This document shows positions 1 to 8,260 of a stretch of DNA of 64,000 nt, piece after piece (position 1 is the first letter of the stretch; each line of letters begins with the position of its first letter). The position numbers were made by a program, and so were the translations under genes. This DNA comes from Trichoplax sp. H2 (lineage: Eukaryota). The stretch lies in NCBI GenBank assembly GCA_003344405.1, contig NOWV01000274.1, positions 1 through 64,000 of the forward strand, read 5' to 3'. The notes beneath the pieces were generated by a model that saw only the letters and a program-made list of their open reading frames with translations, was not told the DNA's origin and made no database searches.

Positions 1-150
1 GAGTTGTGCAATATTATATAGTATTTTACATACTGTTACAGTTCGTATGATACAATGCTTTAATAGGCTATTCATAGCTTTGTCGGTTACCTTTAAATGG
101 TACCAGATTAGCTGGATCACAGAATATGCCAATATAAATCAAATTCTTAC

Positions 151-180
151 CTAGATTTGCATTGATTTCTTCTTCCTTTT
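151..180 (-). CDS. 30-nt terminal coding exon (KRKKKSMQI-stop in phase 0)
   Basis: The - strand reads ccaacttAG|AAAAGGAAGAAGAAATCAATGCAAATCTAG|GTAAGa, with about 100 nt of AG-free sequence upstream of the acceptor. Confidence 0.6.
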   Translation of the reverse strand, partial: KRKKKSMQI

Positions 181-3100
181 CTAAGTTGGCCAATTTCGAA
201 TCGAATGGTGAAGGCCAATTCAGAGATTAACATATAAAAAAATAATGCAAGACGTTTATTATGTTCAAATAGTAATTTCCTATATTGGGTAATAATAATA
301 ATTATGTAATGCTATCATAGCTAAAGTTCATTTTTTTAATTATAGTTATGTATTTAAAACATTTTAAATTCGACCGCATTGCAAACTTACTCCCTAAAAA
401 GTTGGCCAATTTCGAAACGAATGGTGAAGGCCGATTCAGAGATTAACATAGAAAAAATTATGCAAAGATGTTTATTACGTTCAAATTGTAATTTCTTATA
501 TTGGGTAATAATAATAATTATGTAATGCTATCTCAGCTAAAGTTCATTTTTCTAATTATAGATGAAAGAATTCACAAAGATAAAAGTATTAGTTATTGGA
601 ATCAATAAGATTCAGTAGGACTGTCTAAAATAATATTAGAACTATAAATGCTGTAGTATTCCTAGTGAAATTTTGCTGTGTCACATAGCCCAGATTATTC
701 TACCTATAACAAAGAATATCTATCTTCTGTCTACATTTTATTGAATTATTACAACAAATTCTATGATTTCTATATAAAATCTAATAATTTTTATCCTAAG
801 CTAATTTGGGATCTCACAACAAGAAGGAATGTAGAAATGCGATTATTTATAAGTAAATTAATAATTATTTTCTTTTTAGTTAAATAATTTCCAAAATTAA
901 TCAAAATAATACACAGATATAAACTTACGGCCTATTTAATTCGGATTAGATTAGAAGAATGAGTCGATATTGATTGCATAGATAAAAGAATTAAAGAAAA
1001 TTACTCAATAATACATAAATGCAAAAGTAAGCGCTGATAATGATGATAATTTAAATACAATAGTTTATTCAAACTTTTTATTACATTCGAAAGCCACAAA
1101 CTACTTTAACAATTAATTATAGCAATTATAGGCATTTTTAGAAGTAGTTTTTATTATTTTAAGTAAGGTATGTAGAAATGCGAATATTTACAAGTGAGTC
1201 ATTAATTATTTCATTTTAGTCAAATGCTATACAAAGTTAATCAGAATTGAAACACAAATATAAACTTACATTCTGTTTTAGTCCGATTTAAATTTGCCAA
1301 ATAAATTAGTATTGATTAGGTAGATATAAGAATTTAAGAAAATTACTTAGTAATACATAAATCCCCAAGTAAACTCTGATAATGATTTTAAATATATATA
1401 ATTCAAATATGAAAGTTAAAGTATATTAAAATGTTTATTGTAATCTAGAAGCCGTAAAGCTCTTTAAAAGTTTATTATAAAACGAAGTTATTATTAATTC
1501 TAGTACGGCAAGTAGGAATACGAACATTTTCAAGCAAGTTATTAACTATTATAAATTCAGTCAGACTCTTTATAAATTTAATTAAAACAAAACTATGAAC
1601 TTACGAACTATTTAGTCCAATTTAAATTTTCCAAACGAGTCGATATCGATTGCATAAATTTAAAAATTTAAGAAAATTACTTAGTACTATAGAAATATAC
1701 AAGTTAATACTGATAATAATGATAAATACATATAATTTAATTACTGTAGTTAAAGTATATCTAAAATATAGTTATCTTCAAAAACGCTATGAACGTCTTT
1801 GAAATTAATTATTCTGTGTAGCTAAATGACATTTGCAACCGTATTTGTTATTATTCTTAGTCAGTTATATAGAAATAAGGACATTTACAAGCAATACTTT
1901 AAATATTTTCAATTAAGTCAAATACTGAGCAAATTTAATGAAAAACAACGTAAACTTACGAACTATACATAGTTCACAGTAAATTTTCCGAATGAGTTGA
2001 TGTCGATTGCATAGATATCAGATTTAAAAAAAAATTTGCTTAGTAATGTATGAAAACACAAGTACACAGTGATAATGATGATAAAATACATGAAATTTAC
2101 AAAAGTTAAAATATACTAAAATTGTTTGTCATATAGCAAGCTACTTTGAAAGTTAACTATGTAAGTGATTGATATTTCCAAGCATAGTTAAAATCTTTAG
2201 TAAGGTATGTAGGAGTGCAAAAATTGGCATACAAGTTATCAATTATTTTCATTTCAGTTAAATAAACCTCAAATTTAATCAAAATGAAATACAACTACAA
2301 ACTTACGAACTATTTAATCCGATTTAATTTTCCAAATGATTCAATATCGATTGTATAGATAATAGAATTTAAGAAAATTATTAAAAAATGCATAAATACA
2401 TAAGTGCACATTGATAATGATCATAAATACTTGTCATTCAAATCAGTAATTACTGCATATTCAAATAATTATTATATTTTAATAGTCGTAAACTGCCTTG
2501 AAAATTAACTACATAAGTGATTAACATTTAAGAACACAATTTTATTACTTTTAGCAAGGTATATAGAAATACGATCATTTACAAATAAGTTATCAACTAT
2601 TTCTATCAAGTATTGTACAGAGTCAATCAAATTAAACACAAATATAAACTTACACGCTATTTTTCCAATTTAAATTTGCAAAATATGTCGATACCGATTG
2701 CATATATATATATATATATATAAGAATTTAAGAAAATTTCTGATTATTAGATGAAAATATAAATACCTAGCGATTATGATGATTAATGTATGCAATTGAT
2801 ATACAAACGTTGAAGTATATTAGCTAAAACTCTTTACTATATTCAAAAAGCCGTAAACTACTTAGAAACTTAATTATATTGGTATTTGCAAGCTTGTTTT
2901 ATTATTTCAACTAAACAATGCAAAAATTTAATCAACATAAAACATAAATGTAAACTTACGGTCTATTTTATTTCGATTCCAATTCGCCAAATGATTCGAT
3001 ATCAATTGCATTCATATGAAAAAATAAAAAAATTACTTAATGAAGCATAGCTGCATAAGTACACACTGATAATGAGGATAAATATATGTGATACAGATAA

Positions 3101-6100
3101 TGTAGTTAAAGTATATAAAATTTTGGATTATCTTCAAAATGCAAACATTTCTAGACCTACATGCTATTTAGTTCCAATTAGATTTACCAAATGAGTCGAT
3201 ATCGATTACATAGATATAAAAATTTAAGAAAATTTCTGAGTAATTCTATCACGGTGTAAATAAATCGTGATTAGTTAGTATAGATAAAGCATTGCACAAA
3301 TGTGATGGTGAATTTCGCCTTTATAGGCTAAGTTGACTAAACTTTTGAGATTCTTTTGCAATTATAAATACATGTTTGTTGTTAGCAGTTTATGAAGTTT
3401 TACGAGTAAAAATAGCTGTAATCAGTTGTTGAAATAGAGTAATAGCTTGAGTTTGTGTAGTTTGTCTCCGTGACAGTAGCATAATATGGTAGTCCTAGGC
3501 AGAAATTAGAGTGGTAGTTGATAGCAACATCTTAAAAGAGCAGAATACTTTACTTTACCCTGGTCAGGAGACTAGTCCATGACAACTGACAAACTATAAA
3601 TACACGAGTAAATACTGATCATAATGATAAATGGACATGATTTAAAAGCAGTAGTTAAGTATATTGAAATTGTTTATATATTCGAAAGCCATAAACTACT
3701 TTGAAAAACTAATTATATAAGTGATCCACATTTGCAAACCTAGTTAATATTATCTTCAGCAAGATGTATATTAGTGCGAATATCATAAGATATTTATCAA
3801 TTATTTCGTTTCCGTCAAATACTGTACAAATTTTGATCAAAACAAAATACAAATATGAACTTACGAACTATGTAATCCGATTTAGATTCGCCAAATGAGT
3901 AAATATTGGTTACAAAGATATAAGAATTCAAGAAAATTAATTATTAAAATTAATTAGTAAATCTTAATTTTACAAGTACATTCCGATGATCATAAATGCA
4001 TGTAATTTTAAATAGTTATTAAAAGTGGGTAAAATTGTTTATTATCTTCAATAATCGTAAACTAATTCAAAATTGATTACGTAATTTGATATTAGTAAAA
4101 TGCCATTAAATAGAAATACGGATATTTACAGATTAGATTGCAATTACTGTGTAAATTTAATCCAAACAAAATATAAATATGCACTTACTTTCTATTTGGT
4201 TCGATTGAGATTTATTAAAGGATTCGATATCGCATACATGAATATGTAAATTTAAGAAAACATTACTGTACTTAGTAACCTATTAATGCAAAGGTACTCA
4301 TCGATGATCATAACGATACGTAATTTAAATACAATCGTTAAAGTACGGGAATATAATTATTTATCAATTCAAAAAGCTGTAAACTGTTTTAAAAATTAAT
4401 TATATAAATGATTTACATATATAAATGCTTTTATTATTTTGAACACGATATCTAGATATTTCAAAAATATGCTCTCATTATTTTATAAATTAATTCAAAT
4501 ACTGCATAAATGAAATGTGAACAAACATGAACTCACGATCTACATAGTTCGATTTAGATTTTCCAAAGAAGTTCGTGTTGATCACATGGATATATAAATT
4601 TAAGAAAGTCGCTTTGTTATACATGAATGCGCAAGTGCTCATCGATGGTCATAAATACAGTAGTTTTAAAATAAAGTGTTTAAAATACGAGAATATAAAA
4701 ATTGTTTATAATTTTTAAATAAACGTTAACTATTTAAAAATAAATTATGCAAGTGAATCACAATTTCAAAAATGGTTATTTTCAATAAATCATGAAGAAA
4801 TACGGACAAACAAGTATGTTTAAAGTATTTCAAATCAGTTGAACACCGTACAAATTTTAATCTTGTCAAAACATAAATATAAACTTACTTGCTATTTGGT
4901 TTGATTTAGAATTGCCACAGCAATCGTTATCAATGGCATGAACATGAATTTGGAAAAATATTTCTTTAATTAGTAACACATACGTAAATGCACAACTAGA
5001 TACCGATGGTTGTAAATGCATAAATTAGAATGCAGTAGCTAAATACAGGTACATGAAACTACTTACTATCTTTGAATAAGCTATTAACTGTTTAAAATTA
5101 AATATATAAGTAATTCATCTTTTTAAATCAGTTATTATTATTTTTTGATTAGTTCTGTAGAAGTACGAACGTTTAAAAGTAAGTTATTGATGATAATAAA
5201 TTCAGTCAAATACTATACAACTCTAATCCAAATGCAAATGTAAACTTACAGGCTATTTAATTCGATTAGGATTTGCCGAAGGATTCGGTATCCATTGCAT
5301 AAACATGTTAATTGAAGAAAATTACTTAGTAACATATAAACGTATAAGTATATACCAAAGATCAAAATAAGAGTGATTTAAATACACTGTTGGATTCATC
5401 ATTTTTAATTAAAATAATTTAACTATAACTATACCTATTTTATTAATAAAATCCACTAGTGAATAACTTACGCGCTATGTAGTATTGATTCGTATTAGCG
5501 AAGAGGCCACATTTTATAGCCATTTAGATGCAAAAACGTGAAAGCATTATAGAGCAAGTAAAGAATCATTTTATATTTAGTTAGCTGTATATTTTATCCA
5601 AAAATTTAAACTTATAAATTAGCTACGCCATAAATAGTTTTGATTTGCTTAAACACAATTGCCATTATTTTCAATATATTACGTATATAGATCGACATTA
5701 GCAGGTAAATTATGAATTACTTTCAATTAAGTACAATATTGAACAAATTTGATATAAATATGATCCAAATACGTATTAACTTACGGGCTATTTAATTCGA
5801 TTTATATTTTCCAAAGAAGTCGATATGGATTGCATAGATACGTGAATTTAAGAAAATTACTTAGTAATTCGTGTGCCTACATATATTTTATAAAATCTAG
5901 ATATATAAATACGTAGGTACATACTGTACATAGAATAGTAGATAATTTAAGTGACATCACTGATACTTTAGTAATAATTAGGCTAATCTTTTGATAAACA
6001 TTGTACTGAGTTATTTGCTTAATTATTTGCTATGAAAACTTGATATTGATTTCATAAATTTATGACGATAGAAAATTTATATCATAACATCAATATTATT

Positions 6101-7163
6101 TGCTTAACTACTATTACTATCAGTCCGCAATATGAACAGCAAATGCGTATTTTCCAAATAAAAGCGGAAAGTTTAAATTTTAAAAATTAGAATCGAAATC
6201 GATAACAGTTATAAAATATATTTAATAAAGTATATTTAACGCAACTAGATCTGACACCATCAGGTGTCACAAATTCATCTTTGTAACAAGAGAACATAAA
6301 GTAAAAGCCTTTAAGTAATCTGCTGACTTAAATTGCACTTTACCTCACCTAATACTCACGCAGCTTGGAACAGTAAAGATAACTATTTTTAGTACTTTTG
6401 TAATCGAGTTATTCTGGTTTGTATAGGACTTGCCTTACAAATAAACAGCTCTAGTCTATTTATTATCCTTCACTAGAGTATGATTCTTCAAATATAGTAT
6501 TTCCAATATAGCTATTCCATTGTTAAATATTTTTAAGCCTCCTCTCACTTATTCAAATTAGGTAAGGCTTGAAGTTCGATAGCGTAATTCATGCTACCGA
6601 CTATGAAAGCATCACCACGCAACATATACGCGTACTTGTAATTTGGACTACAGTATAATACACTTACATTAATCTGACTAAGTATACTTTCTAAATCAGC
6701 GACGATGCCGAATTTCTAACATGTAAGCATATAAGATATCACGAACGACGTTTTATTCTTGCACAAAACAGAAATTAGTTTGCAGTTAAAGACCAGGCAG
6801 CGATTAATTACCATAATTTAAGGAATAGAGATCTCTTCAACTACGATTTTTATCATGCAGCTTACGACTGCAAGGAGAAGTACGACGTAATATTTCTGAA
6901 CGGTAGGCTAGTTGCTAATGGTAAGGTACAACGAAATTGATGCTAAAAGCATATATACTCACATTCAGCTCATCCATAGATTTCTCCAGTGCATCTTCTT
7001 TATTGATGTTATTCTTACAGTTCATGATATTCAATTCTTTATCTGCAAGATGCGATTCCATCATTGGTTCATCTATCTCATCTAGTGAAACTTTTATTTC
7101 GTTGCATTCTACCACAACGACAGCGAGGAATAAAATGGAAACCAAAGCAACCTTAGTTTTCAT
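151..7163 (-). CDS. Putative secreted prepropeptide (neuropeptide-like) microexon gene: signal/pro exon, small linker microexons, 16 single-codon (3-nt) microexons and a terminal KR exon
   Basis: Exon 1 is 7163-6963 (67 codons, MKTKVALVSILFLAVVVVEC signal peptide then acidic pro-region, phase-0 donor GTGAGT). The 3-nt exons are flanked by AG and GTRRGT, in transcript order: 5785-87 CCC, 5472-74 CGC, 5250-52 CCT, 4889-91 CAA, 4537-39 ATC, 4189-91 AAA, 3865-67 TTC, 3161-63 CAT, 2960-62 ACC, 2654-56 CGT, 2307-09 TTC, 1960-62 TTC, 1605-07 TTC, 1270-72 AAT, 929-31 GCC, 391-93 GGA. A 30-nt exon at 180-151 reads KRKKKSMQI* in phase 0. Linker exons between 6962 and 5788 are ambiguous. Confidence 0.7.
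185..562. repeat. Recent tandem duplication (~160 bp shared, offset 216 bp)
   Basis: gttggccaatttcgaa..gaatggtgaaggcc.attcagagattaacata...tatattgggtaataataataattatgtaatgctatc..agctaaagttcattttt occurs at 185-347 and 401-562 with high identity. Confidence 0.95.
2702..2722. repeat. (AT)n microsatellite
   Basis: Perfect AT dinucleotide run inside one array unit. Confidence 0.9.
3246..3592. mobile_element. ~350-bp foreign insertion within one array unit, possibly an LTR fragment
   Basis: The repeat consensus breaks after ...aatttctgagtaa (~3245) and resumes at ataaatacacgagtaaatactgatcataatgat (~3596). The insert has imperfect inverted ends tatcacgg (3248) and ccgtgaca (~3475), resembling TG..CA LTR termini. 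Confidence 0.45.
6963..7163 (-). CDS. First coding exon: signal peptide plus acidic propeptide
   Basis: ORF 6915..7163 has a basic N-terminus, hydrophobic core (VALVSILFLAVVVVEC) and a D/E-rich segment. A canonical donor GTGAGT follows ...MDELN. Confidence 0.8.
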
Positions 7164-7929
7164 TGCTGAATCTTCAATAATAAGATCGAAGTTGAAAATT
7201 TGTGGTTAATTTAAACTCAGTACTGTAACACACGTAGTTACCCAAATTCTTCGGTAATAATGCAACTTTTATTCTATGCTTATTATTGTCACTAAATTGA
7301 TACGTTTACGTTATAAAAACTGATTTTTCGTTTCTAAAACCAGTATAAGTGCAATAGGTGAGTGGTTTTACTGATTATTATCACTATTCATAACAGAATA
7401 GAGTATTGCCACAACTACCCTTGCGACACAAGAAAACAATACAGTACTTATAATAAACTTTACGTTCATCCGTAGAACTACTTCCCTAGCCTACGATATA
7501 GTAACTGGAATCCTTGCGAAGTACTAACTCGCTCCAAACAGTGTACGATATAAAACTATCACACAACTTAGCCTTAACCTGAATCACTTTTTATTGATCG
7601 CAGTCCTTCTTACATACTCTTTCAGTAATTATAAACATATTTACTATGCTACCAACATACTAACAATAACCATTCCTAAAGTAGTAGTTCATACTTCCAA
7701 ATAGTTCAAAACCAAATGTTATTATAAATCACACATCGATATCTAAGTTATTTTGATGACTGTGACAAGTATGAAGCCCATTGTTATACTTATGGTAAAG
7801 TATAGACTACATTAATTCACCCTGCATTGGTTTTCGTAAGTTTTATCCTTGCTTTTGCACTAGCAGTAGTACAAGCCTTTTATGGTTTATTCAGATGAGC
7901 GGATACATTTTAATACTAATCCGCCTGTT

Positions 7930-8260
7930 ACGAAGCCCGCTCTGAACTTGATCTTCATTGAGAAGATTGTTGCCTAGTGTTGTCGCAAATCCCTCTTGTG
8001 ACTCGTTTATATCAAGTGCTAGAGTAATTATGTAAGTCTTCCACTGACTTGGAAGTCTTCTACTAAGTGAAAACTAACTCTTTCCACACAGTTACACAAC
8101 TACTAAGGTTTCTCTCCAACCACTGGTACTTTTTATTCGGCCATCCAATTTCTAGTCTCTACTAGATTATCCTAGTCCGGAACAACTACTACTAGCGAGT
8201 GATAATTCGCTCGGTCTTTATACCATCCCCACTCATCTGTGGGGCATACTAGGAAGTTGC
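7930..8260 (-). mobile_element. Highly degenerate LTR-retrotransposon integrase-like relic
   Basis: - strand fragments TS*YAPQMSGDGIKTERII and WKTYIITLALDINES loosely resemble the integrase core motifs 'TSxYHPQxxGxxER' and 'WxxxLxxxxxAxN'. There are many stops. Confidence 0.3.

Larger units (their letters stand above)
820..5870. repeat. Degenerate tandem array of ~300-360 bp units (15 units; each is an intron plus a 3-nt microexon on the - strand)
   Basis: Recurrent core aaacttac-NNN-ctatttaattcgatttagattt.ccaaatgagtcgatatcgattgcatagatataagaatttaagaaaattacttagtaa. Spacings are 341, 335, 355, 347, 347, 306, 201, 704, 324, 348, 352, 361, 222 and 313 bp. Confidence 0.95.

Noticed and set aside
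920..5860. Repeated ~70-nt LRR-like coding exons ending at the GTAAGT donors (e.g. SMQSISTSLENINRIK)
   Set aside because: That frame ends in a conserved TAG three bases before the donor, and the units contain frameshifting indels. The TAG is better explained as the splice acceptor.
820..5870. CRISPR array or plain satellite interpretation of the periodic repeat
   Set aside because: The context is eukaryotic and whole ~345-bp units are homologous, with no short repeat plus unique spacer and no cas genes. A neutral satellite would not explain the invariant AG-NNN-GTRRGT.
6937..7209. + strand 90-aa ORF
   Set aside because: It is the antisense shadow of the signal-peptide exon on the - strand.
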